From an uncultured bacterium (GTDB lineage: Bacteria; Krumholzibacteriota; Krumholzibacteriia; LZORAL124-64-63): a stretch of 64,000 bases of DNA. Below are positions 9,915-20,317 of the stretch, in pieces. Every line of letters begins with the position of its first letter. The first letter of the stretch is position 1. The notes under the pieces are model-generated. The model saw only the letters and a list, made by a program, of their open reading frames with translations, ran no database searches and was not told the origin of the DNA. Where the stretch lies: positions 1,312,001-1,376,000 of the forward strand of contig CAVSZB010000007.1 in NCBI GenBank assembly GCA_963732385.1. Direction: 5' to 3'. The position numbers and the translations under genes were made by a program.

Positions 9915-10757
9915 TCAGGCGCGGCCGGCCCGCGCGCGTTTTTGCGCCAGCTCCATGGCGGCCAGCAGCACGAAGGAGATGCACGCCAGCGCCAGCGAGG
10001 CGGCGAACGCACCGGCGTAATGGAAATCGGCGTACTCCTGGTGGATGTGCAGGGTCGCGCTCTGCGTCCGCCCGATGATGCTGCCGCTGACCACCAGCAC
10101 GGCCCCGAATTCACCCAGGGCACGCGCCACCGTCAGGGTGACTCCGTAGGCGAGGCCCCAGCGGACCGATGGCAGCGTCACCCGCCAGAACACCTGCCAG
10201 CCGTTCGCGCCGAGCGTGCGGGCCGCCTCCTCCTGTTCGAGGCCGCTCTCGCGCAAAACCGGCACCACCTCACGCGCCACGAACGGCAGGGTGACGAAGA
10301 TCGTGGCCAGCGCCATCCCCGGCACCGCGTAGATGATCCGGATCCCCCCCGCCTCGAACCAGCGCCCCAGCCACCCGTGCGGGCCGAACAACACCAGGAA
10401 CATGAAGCCTGCCACCACGGGCGACACCGAGAACGGCAGATCGACGATCCCCTCGAGCAGCAGCTTGCCGAAGAACCGCTGCCGCACCAGCACCAGCGCC
10501 AGCAGGACCCCCCCGATCGTGTTGACGATCACGGCGGCCAGCGTGATCCAGAAGGTGAGCGTGAACGCCTGGCGCGCCGCCGGTTCGCGCAGCGCGGCCA
10601 GCGCCGCTCCCAGCCCTTCCCGCCACGCGCCGCGCACCAGCGCCAGCAGCGGGAACAGGACCAGAACGGCGACCCAGGCCAGCACGATCCCGATCAGGAT
10701 GCGGCGGCTCCAGGGACCGTCCAGGCGCGTGCGACGCGTGACCGCCGACTCAGCCAT
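9915..10757 (-). CDS. cysW: Sulfate ABC transporter permease CysW
   Basis: [33 protein letters not shown]. Confidence 0.92.
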   Translation of the reverse strand: MAESAVTRRTRLDGPWSRRILIGIVLAWVAVLVLFPLLALVRGAWREGLGAALAALREPAARQAFTLTFWITLAAVIVNTIGGVLLALVLVRQRFFGKLLLEGIVDLPFSVSPVVAGFMFLVLFGPHGWLGRWFEAGGIRIIYAVPGMALATIFVTLPFVAREVVPVLRESGLEQEEAARTLGANGWQVFWRVTLPSVRWGLAYGVTLTVARALGEFGAVLVVSGSIIGRTQSATLHIHQEYADFHYAGAFAASLALACISFVLLAAMELAQKRARAGRA

Positions 10758-11622
10758 CGCGCCGCCTCCCGAGTTGCTGCAGCAGATGCAGCGCCACCAG
10801 CACCGCCAGGGATCCGGCCAGCAGCGCCACCGAGACGGCGAGCGCCCCCGCCGGATTGTCGCTCTCGATCTCCCCGTAGATGTAGACCGGCGCGGTCTGG
10901 GTCCGCAGCGGGATGTTGCCGGCCACCATGATCACCGAACCGAACTCCCCGAGCGCGCGGCTGAACGACAGCGCGGCGCCGGTCAGGATGGCGGGCAGCA
11001 GCGACGGCAGCAGCACCCGGCGGAACACCGTCCAGCGCGAGGCGCCCAGCGTGGCGGCCGCCTCTTCCATGTCCAGGTCGAGCTCCATCAGGACCGGCTG
11101 CACCGCCCGCACCACGAACGGCAGGGTCACGAACAGGAGCGCCAGCACGATGCCCGGCCGGGCATAGATGACCTCGATGCCGTGCGCGTTCAGGAACGTC
11201 CCGATCGACCCCTGCGGCCCGTACAGGACGACGAGCATCAGTCCGGTGACGATGGTCGGGATGGCGAACGGCAGGTCGATGAGCGCGTTGACGAAGCCGC
11301 GGCCAGGAAAGGTGTGGCGCACGAGCACCCAGGCCGTAAGCGTCCCCATGACGGTGTTGATGACGATCATGATGGCGGCGAGCCGTACCGTCAGCCAGAG
11401 GGAGAAAAGCGCCTCCGGCTGGCGCAGGCTCGCCCAGATCGCCGCCGGCCCGGGCGCGAAGGCCCGCCCGCAGAGCGCCACCAGCGGCAGCACCACGAAC
11501 AGGCCGACGTAGCCAAGCGCGATCGCGCGCAGCAGCAGGGCGGACCAGTACGGTCCGCCGGGCACCGGCGGCGCCCACGGCGGGCGCCGCCAGGCGCGCA
11601 GGGCGAACGTGCGTCCCGTCAT
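10750..11622 (-). CDS. cysT: Sulfate ABC transporter permease CysT (CysU)
   Basis: [40 protein letters not shown]. Confidence 0.92.
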   Translation of the reverse strand: MTGRTFALRAWRRPPWAPPVPGGPYWSALLLRAIALGYVGLFVVLPLVALCGRAFAPGPAAIWASLRQPEALFSLWLTVRLAAIMIVINTVMGTLTAWVLVRHTFPGRGFVNALIDLPFAIPTIVTGLMLVVLYGPQGSIGTFLNAHGIEVIYARPGIVLALLFVTLPFVVRAVQPVLMELDLDMEEAAATLGASRWTVFRRVLLPSLLPAILTGAALSFSRALGEFGSVIMVAGNIPLRTQTAPVYIYGEIESDNPAGALAVSVALLAGSLAVLVALHLLQQLGRRRDG

Positions 11623-11628
11623 GCCTTC

Positions 11629-12684
11629 CTAACGGTTCTGGCCCAGTTCCTGGGTGACCTGCGTCCAGACTCCCTGTGGACCGTACAGTATTTCCCGCAC
11701 CTGCGTCCACCCGCCCAGCGCGCCGATGTCGAACTGCAGCGGCGCGACGGGGTAACGCTCGGCCACCTCCTGCATGACCTCCGGGCTGGCCGGACGGAAT
11801 CCGTAGCGGGCGAACGTTCTCTGGGCCGCTTCGCCGTGCAGGAACAGGACGAATTCTTCCGCCACGGCGCGGGCGCCGTGCTTGTCGGCGTACTTGTCCA
11901 CGACGGCCACCGGATTCTCGATCAGGATCGTCGCGCGCGGGATGACGTACGGCAGCGGCCGTCCCTGCATATTACGCAGGAGCACCTCGTTCTCGTAGGT
12001 GACCAGCGCGTCACCGATGCCCCGCTCGAACGTCGTCACCGACTCGCGCCCCGACTTGTCCATCACCTTCACGCGCGCCTGGATCCGTTTGAGCAGATCG
12101 CGGGCGACGGCGGGATCGGGGGTCCCGGTCTCCGCCTCGGACAGCTTCAGGCCGGCGCCGTAGATGGCGTTCACGCCCCACATCGCCCCGCCCGAGGTCT
12201 TCGGGTTCGGATAGAGAACCTCCACCTCCGGCCGGGTGAGGTCGGACCAGTCACGGATGTTCTTCGGGTTTCCGGGCCGGGTGGCGATCACGACCAGGGA
12301 CCGGGTGATGAAGCCGCCCCACGGACGGTCCCGCCAGTCGTGCGTGATCAGCCCCGCGTCGGTGATCTTGTCCACATCGCCCTCGAGGGAGAGCGCCACC
12401 ACGTCCGCCTCGAAGCCCCCCACCACCGCCCGCGCCTGCGCCCCCGATGCCTCGTACGACTGCTGCACGTCGACCTCACGGCCGGTCCTGCGCAGCCAGT
12501 GCTCGCGAAACGCCGGGATGATCTCGCCGGTGTACGCTTCTTTCGGAACCGTGTAGGCCGCCAGCACCAGGGTGTCCGCCATTGACCGGGGAGCGGCTTC
12601 TTTTCTGCGGGCGCAACCGCTGAGGGCGGCAATCAGCACGAACGGGAGTAACAGACGAAAAGACAATGATCTGAACGCTATCAT
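11629..12684 (-). CDS. sbp: Sulfate-binding lipoprotein (Sbp/CysP family)
   Basis: Lipobox LSGC; QSYEASGAQARAV, NPKTSGGA, GDALVTYENE. Confidence 0.9.
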   Translation of the reverse strand: MIAFRSLSFRLLLPFVLIAALSGCARRKEAAPRSMADTLVLAAYTVPKEAYTGEIIPAFREHWLRRTGREVDVQQSYEASGAQARAVVGGFEADVVALSLEGDVDKITDAGLITHDWRDRPWGGFITRSLVVIATRPGNPKNIRDWSDLTRPEVEVLYPNPKTSGGAMWGVNAIYGAGLKLSEAETGTPDPAVARDLLKRIQARVKVMDKSGRESVTTFERGIGDALVTYENEVLLRNMQGRPLPYVIPRATILIENPVAVVDKYADKHGARAVAEEFVLFLHGEAAQRTFARYGFRPASPEVMQEVAERYPVAPLQFDIGALGGWTQVREILYGPQGVWTQVTQELGQNR

Positions 12685-12727
12685 GTCCCGCCTCCCGGAG
12701 TTTTGACCGTCGAAGCCAGAGCCAAAA

Positions 12728-12756
12728 AGAGTGCCATAGCACTCCTATGACACTCT
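12728..12756. promoter_or_regulatory. Inverted repeat (candidate operator or leader hairpin) at the sulfate operon transcription start
   Basis: AGAGTGCCATAG-CACTC-CTATGACACTCT, 11/12 match, immediately downstream of the -10 box. Confidence 0.6.
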
Positions 12757-12757
12757 C

Positions 12758-12786
12758 ATTATATGCGTCCGGCAGTTCCCTGTCGA
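12758..12786 (-). promoter_or_regulatory. sigma70 promoter of the sulfate operon
   Basis: TCGACA-N17-TATAAT on the minus strand. Confidence 0.7.
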
Positions 12787-13167
12787 GTGCAAATATGCGC
12801 TCCTGCCGGCGACGCAGACCTCCGCCTCCGGTCCGGTGACGGCGCTTCTCTGACCTTCGATCCGCTTCACCGGAACGCACCCTCCCGGGCCGAGGTCGCC
12901 GTCTGTCCGGCGCCATCGTTGCGTCCACACCTCCGACCTCGTGCCACTCGCGAGCAGTCACGACGCGCTCCTGCTCTGCAAGCGTCACCATGCTTCGGTC
13001 CGTCATCCCGTTCCCGCTCCCGCTCACCGGTCTCGCGTCGAGCCTGGTCCACGCACCGCTCGGCTGTCGCCTGATCGTCTCCTGACGCGTTTTCCCATCA
13101 AGCCGAGACACCGCGGGTCGAATCTTGACTCGGGACGAACGGGCGCGCCTCTTATGCACTTCAGGTC

Positions 13168-13195
13168 TTGACTCGCGCGTGAAGCCGACTAACAT
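13168..13195 (+). promoter_or_regulatory. Possible sigma70 promoter of kamA
   Basis: TTGACT-N16-TAACAT, about 70 bp upstream of the ATG. Confidence 0.4.
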
Positions 13196-13262
13196 GAAAG
13201 TCCTGACGTTGCGCCGCGCGCGACGGTCTTGAAGGAAGCGACCCCTGAAGGAGCTGGGTAAT

Positions 13263-14570
13263 ATGCAGGGCAAGAGTGCTCCCGCCTTCCGTGATGACCC
13301 CGGACCGGAACCTGAAACCGAGCCACCGCATCGAACAGCCCGGAGCTTCGGTGCGATTTCCGTGGCGCCTGCTCCGGTAACGCCTCTCGTCGGGGCCCTG
13401 GCCGTCTCCAGGGCAAACCCCCGCACCCGCAGTTTCCGCCGCCGCTTTTTCCCCGAGGCGTCGAACGTCGAGTGGAACGACTGGCGCTGGCAGTTGCGCA
13501 ATAGCATCCGCGACACCGATGCGCTGGCGCGGATCGTCAATCTCTCCGAAGGGGAACGGGCCGCCATCGAACGGCACCGCGGGCCCCTGCCGGTCGGCAT
13601 CACCCCCTACTATCTGAGCCTGGTCGATGCGAACGACCCCGACCAGCCGCTGCGCCGCACGGTCGTGCCGGTGCTCGGCGAGTACCTGCGCACCCCCGGG
13701 GATGCCGACGACCCGCTGCTCGAGGACGGCCACTCGCCGGTCCCCGGCATCGTGCACCGCTACCCCGACCGGATCTTGTTCCTGGTCACGAGGTTCTGTT
13801 CGGTGTACTGCCGCTACTGCACCCGTTCCCGCATGGTCGGCAGCAGCGGCGAGTACCGCTTCGGCCGCGAGATGTGGAAACGGGCGCTCGACTATGTGGC
13901 GGCCACGCCAACGATCCGCGACGTGCTCGTGTCCGGGGGAGATCCGCTCACGCTGGGCGACGACACGCTCGACTGGCTGCTCTCGGGCCTGCGGGCGATC
14001 CCCCACGTCGAGATGATCCGGCTGGGCACCAAGGTGCCGGCCGTCCTGCCCCAGCGGGTGACGCCGCAGCTCACGCGGATCCTGAAGAAATACCACCCGT
14101 TCTGGCTGAGCATCCACTTCACCCACCCGGACGAGCTGACCCCCGAAGTCGCCGCCGCCTGCGGACGGCTGGCCGACGCCGGGATCCCGCTCGGCAGCCA
14201 GACGGTGCTGCTCGCCGGGGTGAACGACAACTTGGACACCATGACGCGGCTGATGCACGGCCTGCTGAAGATCCGGGTCAAGCCGTACTACCTGTACCAG
14301 TGCGACCCGATCTCCGGTTCGTCCCATTTCCGCACGCCCGTGCAGAAGGGGCTGGACATCATCGCGGGGTTGCGGGGCCACACCTCGGGCTACGCGGTGC
14401 CGACCTACGTGATCGACGCCCCGGGCGGCGGCGGCAAGATCCCGCTGCTGCCGCACAGCATCGTCGGCCGCGAAGGCGACGACCTGCTGCTGCGCAATTA
14501 CGAAGGAGGGGTTTTCCGTTACCCCGACCCGGGCGGAAAACTCGGGCTGGCCATGAACCAGGATGCCTGA
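13263..14570 (+). CDS. kamA: KamA family radical SAM protein (lysine 2,3-aminomutase-like)
   Basis: HRYPDR, CSVYCRYCTRSR, SGGDPL, QTVLLAGVND, PYYLYQCD, DAPGGGGKIP (PLP lysine). Confidence 0.88.
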   Translation: MQGKSAPAFRDDPGPEPETEPPHRTARSFGAISVAPAPVTPLVGALAVSRANPRTRSFRRRFFPEASNVEWNDWRWQLRNSIRDTDALARIVNLSEGERAAIERHRGPLPVGITPYYLSLVDANDPDQPLRRTVVPVLGEYLRTPGDADDPLLEDGHSPVPGIVHRYPDRILFLVTRFCSVYCRYCTRSRMVGSSGEYRFGREMWKRALDYVAATPTIRDVLVSGGDPLTLGDDTLDWLLSGLRAIPHVEMIRLGTKVPAVLPQRVTPQLTRILKKYHPFWLSIHFTHPDELTPEVAAACGRLADAGIPLGSQTVLLAGVNDNLDTMTRLMHGLLKIRVKPYYLYQCDPISGSSHFRTPVQKGLDIIAGLRGHTSGYAVPTYVIDAPGGGGKIPLLPHSIVGREGDDLLLRNYEGGVFRYPDPGGKLGLAMNQDA

Positions 14571-14601
14571 GCCGGCAGAGCGCCGGACGGCAAACAGACA
14601 A

Positions 14602-14632
14602 GGGGGGCGCCGTGAGGCGCCCCCCGCGTTTT
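14602..14632 (+). terminator. Intrinsic terminator after kamA
   Basis: GGGGGGCGCC-GTGA-GGCGCCCCCC followed by GCGTTTT. Confidence 0.7.
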
Positions 14633-14652
14633 GACACCACCCGTGGCGCCGC

Positions 14653-14946
14653 TCAGGCCAGCAGATCGAGCAGACTGCCGACCATCTGGTCCTGCCGGCG
14701 CATCACGCCGGCGTAGAGCGCCATCTCATGCCTCACCGTGATCTGACTGACCGTCTCGTCCACCAGGTCGGTGGGGGCGTCGGTCCGTTCGACGCGCGTT
14801 GCCGGCCCCGCCCCGGGGCCCGCCTCGGTCTGGACGACGCGGTAGGCGCGGTAGCCCTCGCTGCGCGCATTGGCGATGTTCAGCGCCGACACCCGTGACC
14901 GGGTCAACGCCGCCTGCATGCCGGCCGCCACCGCGTCCAGAAACAC
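14653..14946 (-). CDS. Minimal flagellar basal-body rod-like protein (N- and C-terminal D0-type motifs only)
   Basis: GMQAA...SALNIANARSEGY and TDLVDETV...QDQMVGSLLDLLA; GGAGG RBS before GTG. Confidence 0.75.
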   Translation of the reverse strand: MFLDAVAAGMQAALTRSRVSALNIANARSEGYRAYRVVQTEAGPGAGPATRVERTDAPTDLVDETVSQITVRHEMALYAGVMRRQDQMVGSLLDLLA

Positions 14947-14966
14947 GACAGCACCTCCCGCTGTCA

Positions 14967-14993
14967 GTATCGGCCAGCGAACGGAAACCTTGA
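14967..14993 (-). promoter_or_regulatory. sigma28 (FliA/WhiG)-like promoter
   Basis: TCAA-N15-GCCGATAC. Confidence 0.7.
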
Positions 14994-15009
14994 GCCCAAA
15001 GAAACCGGC

Positions 15010-15990
15010 TCAGGCGTCGGCGGGGCGCAGAGCGTCCGCCTGTGGCGCGAACTGCACGAGAATGGCGGGAGCTACCGCGGCCAGATCGGACACCGCGGCC
15101 AGCAGCGTGGCCGCCCCTGCCCCCCACGCCATCAGCGGCACCGGATTGCGGGTGTGGCTGCGGGTCGACAGATCCTCCAGATTGCCATGGTCCGAGGTGA
15201 GGATCACGAGCGCTCCGGGATCGGCGTCGGCGCCGGCGGCCGCTCCGGTCGGCCGCAGCTCCGCCAGCAGTCCGGCCAGGAACGCCTCGAGACGGGCAAG
15301 TTCGACGCGCGCCCGCGGCGCGTCACGCGCGTGGCCGGCCTGATCGGTCCGGAAGTACTCGAACAGCGTGAACGCGTGCCGCCGCGCCTCCCGCCCGAGG
15401 AGGCGCCCGGCCGCCTCCGGCGTGATCGCCGGAACGTCGAATCCGCGTTGCCGCAGTTCGTCGCAGGTGATGTCGTGGTAGACCGCGCGCCCGGCGCGCA
15501 GATCATCAAGCGTGCTGAACGGCAAATCAGCGGCCAGATTCGCCACGGTGGTGGCCGAGAGGCACAGTTGCCGCTCACGCGGCAGCTGGAAGAACAGGGG
15601 ACGGTAGGCGTTCAGGAACGCAGCCGGCAGACCGCGCTCTTTCACCCTTTTGAAGAGCGACGCCTCGAGCAGCAGCGCGCGCAGCTCCGCGTTGGGGAAC
15701 CCGGTCAGATGGTGACCGAGACGCGCCTGCGCGTTGACGCCGGTCAGGAGGGTGGTCTGGCCGGTGGCGCTCTGTGGAATTCCCGCCACGCCGAGCACGG
15801 CGTCGATCGGCCGGGCGAGGCCGCCCCACGGCAGGGGCGCCACCTCGCCCGGCGAGAGGGTGGCGGCGTCGGGCAGAGCGAACAGCCGGACGCCATCGGC
15901 ATGGCACGGATTGACGCCGGGATCGACACGACCCCAGCCGAGCCCGTCGACGAAGACGAGGACGACGGGCCCCGCGCCGGGCGGACTCAC
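15010..15990 (-). CDS. Alkaline-phosphatase-superfamily metalloenzyme (iPGM/phosphopentomutase-like)
   Basis: [40 protein letters not shown] start overlaps the ahpC stop. Confidence 0.8.
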   Translation of the reverse strand: MSPPGAGPVVLVFVDGLGWGRVDPGVNPCHADGVRLFALPDAATLSPGEVAPLPWGGLARPIDAVLGVAGIPQSATGQTTLLTGVNAQARLGHHLTGFPNAELRALLLEASLFKRVKERGLPAAFLNAYRPLFFQLPRERQLCLSATTVANLAADLPFSTLDDLRAGRAVYHDITCDELRQRGFDVPAITPEAAGRLLGREARRHAFTLFEYFRTDQAGHARDAPRARVELARLEAFLAGLLAELRPTGAAAGADADPGALVILTSDHGNLEDLSTRSHTRNPVPLMAWGAGAATLLAAVSDLAAVAPAILVQFAPQADALRPADA

Positions 15991-16583
15991 TTGCCGTGTC
16001 GGGCCAGGTAGCCGGAGACGCCGTCGTGCGTCGGCTTCATCGCGTCTTCGCCCTTGTGCCAGCCGGCGGGGCAGACCTCGCCGAACTCTTCCAGATGCTG
16101 CAGGGCGTCGACCATGCGCAGCGCCTCGTCGATGTTGCGACCGAGTCCGAGATCGTTGATCACCAGGTGCCTGACGACCCCCTCCTTGTCGATCAGGAAG
16201 GTGCCGCGGTAGGCCACGGCGCCGTCCTGGTCCAGGACGCCGTAGTCGCGGGAGATCTGTTTGTTGAGATCGGCCACCAGCGGGTAGCCCACCTTGCCGA
16301 TGCCCCCCTGCTCGACCGGGGTCTCCTTCCAGGCGAGGTGGCTGAACTGGCTGTCCACCGAAACGCCAATGACCTCGCAGCCGCGCTTCCTGAACTCCGC
16401 CAGCTTGCGGTCGAATTCGATGATCTCGGTCGGGCAGACGAAAGTGAAATCGAGCGGATAGAAGAACAGCACCACGTATTTGCCCTTCAGGTCGCTCAGC
16501 TTGAAGCTCTCGTTGATGCTGTTGTTGCCCATGACTGCCTTGGCGGAGAAATCGGGGGCCTTGTGGCCGATCATGCAGGACAT
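15987..16583 (-). CDS. ahpC: 2-Cys peroxiredoxin
   Basis: [14 protein letters not shown] and [16 protein letters not shown] before ATG 16583. Confidence 0.95.
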   Translation of the reverse strand: MSCMIGHKAPDFSAKAVMGNNSINESFKLSDLKGKYVVLFFYPLDFTFVCPTEIIEFDRKLAEFRKRGCEVIGVSVDSQFSHLAWKETPVEQGGIGKVGYPLVADLNKQISRDYGVLDQDGAVAYRGTFLIDKEGVVRHLVINDLGLGRNIDEALRMVDALQHLEEFGEVCPAGWHKGEDAMKPTHDGVSGYLARHGK

Positions 16584-16774
16584 ACTTCGTGCCTCCCTGG
16601 CTGGCGCGGGCGTTTCTTTGCCCCGCGGGCCCTGGCCCCGGGCGACACCGGCGCGTACGCTGACTTTCCGGAAGTGAACGGCCACAAGAAACGGCATTTC
16701 GGGCCGCCCGCAAGCGCGCCGCGCGCGGCCAGGAGCGCGAAGGGCCGCCCTGCGGGCGGCCCTGGCGACGGTAC

Positions 16775-16850
16775 TGGTAGCCCCAACGGGAGTCGAACCC
16801 GTGTTTCTGCCTTGAGAGGGCAGCGTCCTAGGCCACTAGACGATGGGGCC
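16775..16850 (-). tRNA. tRNA-Glu(CTC)
   Basis: GGCCCCA..CTGCC-CT CTC AA-GGCAG..GGTTCGACTCC..TGGGGCTACCA cloverleaf. Confidence 0.95.
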
Positions 16851-16902
16851 GGCTAGAAACACCGCCAGCGATACCGGCGGCGGCCTGTGGTTCCGATGCG
16901 CT

Positions 16903-16976
16903 TGGTTGCCCGGGGAGGATTCGAACCCCCATAGGCTGATCCAGAGTCAGCAGTCCTACCATTGGACGACCGGGCA
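16903..16976 (-). tRNA. tRNA-Gln(CTG)
   Basis: TGCCCGG..GCTGA-CT CTG GA-TCAGC..GGTTCGAATCC..CCGGGCAACCA; U1-A72 pair. Confidence 0.95.
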
Positions 16977-16988
16977 ACCGCGGCGCAG

Positions 16989-17017
16989 AAGATAACCAAC
17001 CCGGCGCGGGATTGCAA
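16989..17017 (-). promoter_or_regulatory. sigma70 promoter of the tRNA-Gln/tRNA-Glu pair
   Basis: TTGCAA-N17-TATCTT followed by a GC-rich discriminator. Confidence 0.7.
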
Positions 17018-17131
17018 GCGCGTCATGGATGCGCCAACCCGTTGCCCTGTCTTGCACAAGGCGGGCCGGCGCGGTTCAGCACGGGCCGGCCGGCCGAAGG
17101 ACATCAATGTTGGACGTCGCTGGCCGTTTCC

Positions 17132-17160
17132 TTGTCGATCGTCCGCCTACTGCGTATAAT
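17132..17160 (+). promoter_or_regulatory. sigma70 promoter of glnS-gltX
   Basis: TTGTCG-N17-TATAAT. Confidence 0.75.
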
Positions 17161-17196
17161 GCGCGGCCTGTACCGCACACCAAGGAGGGCCCCGCC

Positions 17197-18912
17197 GTGG
17201 CCGCCGAGCAAGCCGATCGTCCCCTGGATTTCGTCCGCCGGATCATCAACGAGCATGGGGCCTCGGGCCGCTTCGACGGGCGGGTCCACACCCGCTTCCC
17301 GCCCGAACCGAACGGCTACCTGCACATCGGCCATGCCAAGGCGATGCTGCTCAACCACGGGCTGGCCCAGGAATACGGGGGCAAATTCAACCTCCGCTTC
17401 GACGACACGAACCCCGTCAAGGAGGAGCAGGAATACATCGACGCCATCCGCGAGGATGTCTCCTGGCTCGGCTGCGACTGGAACGGCGGCGAATTCTACG
17501 CCTCCGACTACTTCGAGCAGCTCTATGCCTGGGCGGTGCAGCTGATCCGCGACGGCAGGGCGTACGTGGACAGCCTGTCGGCCGCCCAGATCAGCGAATA
17601 CCGCGGCACGGCGATCCAGCGGGGCGAGCGGATCGAGACCAGGCCCGGGATCGACAGCCCGTATCGCGACCGGCCGATCGAGGAGAACCTCGACCTGTTC
17701 GAGCGGATGCGCCGGGGTGAGTTCGCGGACGGGGCCCATGTCCTGCGGGCGAAGATCGACATGGCGCACCCGAACCTCAACCTGCGCGACGCCGTGATGT
17801 ACCGCATCCTGCACGCGTCGCACCCCCGTACCGGCGACACCTGGTGCGTCTACCCGACCTACGACTGGGCGCACGGGCAGAGCGACTCCATCGAGGGCAT
17901 CACGCACTCCATCTGCACGCTGGAATTCGAGAACCACCGGCCGCTCTACGACTGGTACCTCGATCAGCTCGACATCCACCACCCCCAGCAGATCGAATTC
18001 GCGCGGCTCAACCTGACCTACACCGTGATGAGCAAACGCCGGCTGCTGCTGCTGGTGCGCGACGGACAGGTGCATGGCTGGGATGACCCGCGCCTGCCGA
18101 CGCTGTCCGGCCTGCGCCGCCGCGGCTTCACGCCGGAGTCGATCCGCGCCTTCTGCCTGCGCATCGGCGTGGCCAAAACGGAGAGCGTGATCGACGTCGG
18201 CCTGCTCGAAGAGGCGGTGCGCGAGCAGCTCAACCGCACGGCGCCCCGCGCCATGGCGGTGCTGAGGCCGCTGCGTCTGGTGATCGAGAACTTTCCCGAG
18301 GGGGTGACCGAGACGGTCGAGATCGCCGTCAACCCCGAGGATCCGGCGGCCGGCACCCGCGCAGTGCCGCTGTCACGGGTGGTGTACATCGAGCGCGACG
18401 ACTTCATGGAGGATCCTCCGAAGCAGTTCCACCGGCTCGCGCCGGGCCGCGAGGTCCGCCTGCGCGGCGCCTGCCTCGTCACCTGCACAGGGGTCGTGCG
18501 CGACGCAGCGGGCGCGATCGTCGAGCTGCGCGGCACCTGGGATCCGGCCTCGCGCGGCGGCAACGCCCCCGACGGCCGCAAGGTCAAGGGCACGCTGCAC
18601 TGGGTGTCGGCCGACCACGCCGTGGACGCCGAGGTGCGTCTCTACGACCGGCTGTTCGTGAAGGAGAACCCCGACGACTTCGCGCCGGGCCAGGACTGGC
18701 TGGTCAACCTGAATCCCGCCTCGCTGGAGGTGCTGACCGGCTGCAAACTCGACCCGTGGCTGGCCGACGCCGCAGCGGGCGCCCGTTTCCAGTTCGAACG
18801 ACTCGGCTACTTCTGCACGGACAAGGACACGGCGCCGGGACGCCCCGTGTTCAACCGCATCGTGCCGCTGCGCGACAGCTGGGCCCGGATCCAGCAGAAG
18901 GCCGGAGCCTGA
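17197..18912 (+). CDS. glnS: Glutamine--tRNA ligase
   Basis: [56 protein letters not shown] before GTG 17197. Confidence 0.95.
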   Translation: MAAEQADRPLDFVRRIINEHGASGRFDGRVHTRFPPEPNGYLHIGHAKAMLLNHGLAQEYGGKFNLRFDDTNPVKEEQEYIDAIREDVSWLGCDWNGGEFYASDYFEQLYAWAVQLIRDGRAYVDSLSAAQISEYRGTAIQRGERIETRPGIDSPYRDRPIEENLDLFERMRRGEFADGAHVLRAKIDMAHPNLNLRDAVMYRILHASHPRTGDTWCVYPTYDWAHGQSDSIEGITHSICTLEFENHRPLYDWYLDQLDIHHPQQIEFARLNLTYTVMSKRRLLLLVRDGQVHGWDDPRLPTLSGLRRRGFTPESIRAFCLRIGVAKTESVIDVGLLEEAVREQLNRTAPRAMAVLRPLRLVIENFPEGVTETVEIAVNPEDPAAGTRAVPLSRVVYIERDDFMEDPPKQFHRLAPGREVRLRGACLVTCTGVVRDAAGAIVELRGTWDPASRGGNAPDGRKVKGTLHWVSADHAVDAEVRLYDRLFVKENPDDFAPGQDWLVNLNPASLEVLTGCKLDPWLADAAAGARFQFERLGYFCTDKDTAPGRPVFNRIVPLRDSWARIQQKAGA

Positions 18913-18943
18913 CCGTAACCAGACCGGAACCTGAAAGGCCGCC

Positions 18944-20257
18944 ATGACCGTCCGCGTGCGCTTCGCCCCCTCGCCGACCGGCTATCTGCACATCGGCGGC
19001 GCCCGCACGGCGCTGTTCAACTTCCTGTTCGCCCGCCACGAGGGGGGCGTGTTCGTGCTGCGCGTGGACGACACCGACCAGACCCGCAACAGCGACGAAT
19101 CGCTCCGCACGATCCTCGAAGGCATGACCTGGCTCGGCCTGGAGTGGGACGAAGGGCCGCACCACCAGGCCGACCGCCGCGAGCGCTACCTGGAGGCGGC
19201 GCGGGAGCTGGAAGCGGCCGGCCGCGCCTACTGGCGCGAGGACGAAGGCAAGGGGCGGGCGCTCGTGCACGCCATCGAGCGGGGCCGGATCGAGTGGAAC
19301 GACGCCATCCACGGCCCCAGCGGCATGGACACCACCAACGACAACGACCTGGTGATCCTCAAGTCGGACGGCTACCCCACCTACAACTTCGCCACCGTCG
19401 TGGACGAGCACGACTTCGCCATCACCCACGTCATCCGCGGCGACGAACACTTCTCGAACACGCCGAAGCAGATCTCGCTCCTGCGCGCCCTGGGCTGGGA
19501 GCTGCCGACCTTCGCCCACGTGCCGCTGATCTACGACCCGCAGGGGCACAAGATCTCCAAGCGCGAGACCTACGACTTCCCGGTGACGATCCAGGAGGCG
19601 CAGGAGATGGGCTACCTGCCCGACGCCCTGCGCAACTTCATCTCGCTGCTGGGCTGGTCCCCCGGCGCCGACCGCGAACTGATGTCGCTCGACGAGATGA
19701 TCGGCCTGTTCACCCTCGACCGCGTCGGCAACACCCCCGCCCGCTTCCTCCTCGACAAGCTCCGCTGGTTCAACGGCACCTGGCTGCGCCGGATGCCGCT
19801 GACCGAGCGCCTCGCAGCGGCGCGCCCCCATCTCATGCAGGCCGGCTACGACCTCTCCGGCGTAAGCGAAGCATGGCTGGAGGGACTGGTGAATCTCTAT
19901 CTCGAGCGGATGGAGATGCTGCCGCAGTTCGCGCGCGACGCGCGGTTCTTCTTCGTCGACACCCTCGAGTTCGACGAAAAGGCCGTGGCCGGCATCCTGC
20001 GCAAGGAGGGCGCCGCCGCCCGCCTCGCCCGCGCCCGCGACGCCCTGGCGGCGCTGCCGGCGTTCGAGGCCCCGGCCATCCACGAGCTGCTGCAGGCACT
20101 GTCCGCAGAACTGGGCTGCAAGCTGGGCGATCTGGCCCAGCCCATTCGCGTCGCCATCACCGGCACGAAGGTGAGCCCGCCGATCGACACCACGCTGGCC
20201 CTGCTGGGGCGCGAGAAGACGCTGGTGCGGATCGAGGCGGCGTTGCGAAGAGTGTGA
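18944..20257 (+). CDS. gltX: Glutamate--tRNA ligase, short form without the Zn-knuckle segment
   Basis: RFAPSPTGYLHIGG, HVIRGDEH, KISKR, anticodon domain PIRVAITG..SP. Confidence 0.9.
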   Translation: MTVRVRFAPSPTGYLHIGGARTALFNFLFARHEGGVFVLRVDDTDQTRNSDESLRTILEGMTWLGLEWDEGPHHQADRRERYLEAARELEAAGRAYWREDEGKGRALVHAIERGRIEWNDAIHGPSGMDTTNDNDLVILKSDGYPTYNFATVVDEHDFAITHVIRGDEHFSNTPKQISLLRALGWELPTFAHVPLIYDPQGHKISKRETYDFPVTIQEAQEMGYLPDALRNFISLLGWSPGADRELMSLDEMIGLFTLDRVGNTPARFLLDKLRWFNGTWLRRMPLTERLAAARPHLMQAGYDLSGVSEAWLEGLVNLYLERMEMLPQFARDARFFFVDTLEFDEKAVAGILRKEGAAARLARARDALAALPAFEAPAIHELLQALSAELGCKLGDLAQPIRVAITGTKVSPPIDTTLALLGREKTLVRIEAALRRV

Positions 20258-20317
20258 CCGCTGCCCGCGCCAGGCTCTCACCCCTGGCTGACCTGGAGGT
20301 GACCGTCGAAGACTGCC

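Noticed and set aside
12721..12744. sigma54 promoter (TGGCAC..) or CIRCE half-site (TAGCACTC)
   Set aside because: GG-to-GC spacing is 11 rather than 10, and the second CIRCE arm is missing.
12800..13160. Short ORFs in the sbp-kamA intergenic region
   Set aside because: No recognisable motifs or convincing RBS and start; cannot be supported.
15010..16713. 567-aa ORF suggesting a long N-terminal extension of the metalloenzyme
   Set aside because: The extension overlaps ahpC in another frame; the GTG at 15990 coupled to the ahpC stop is the plausible start.
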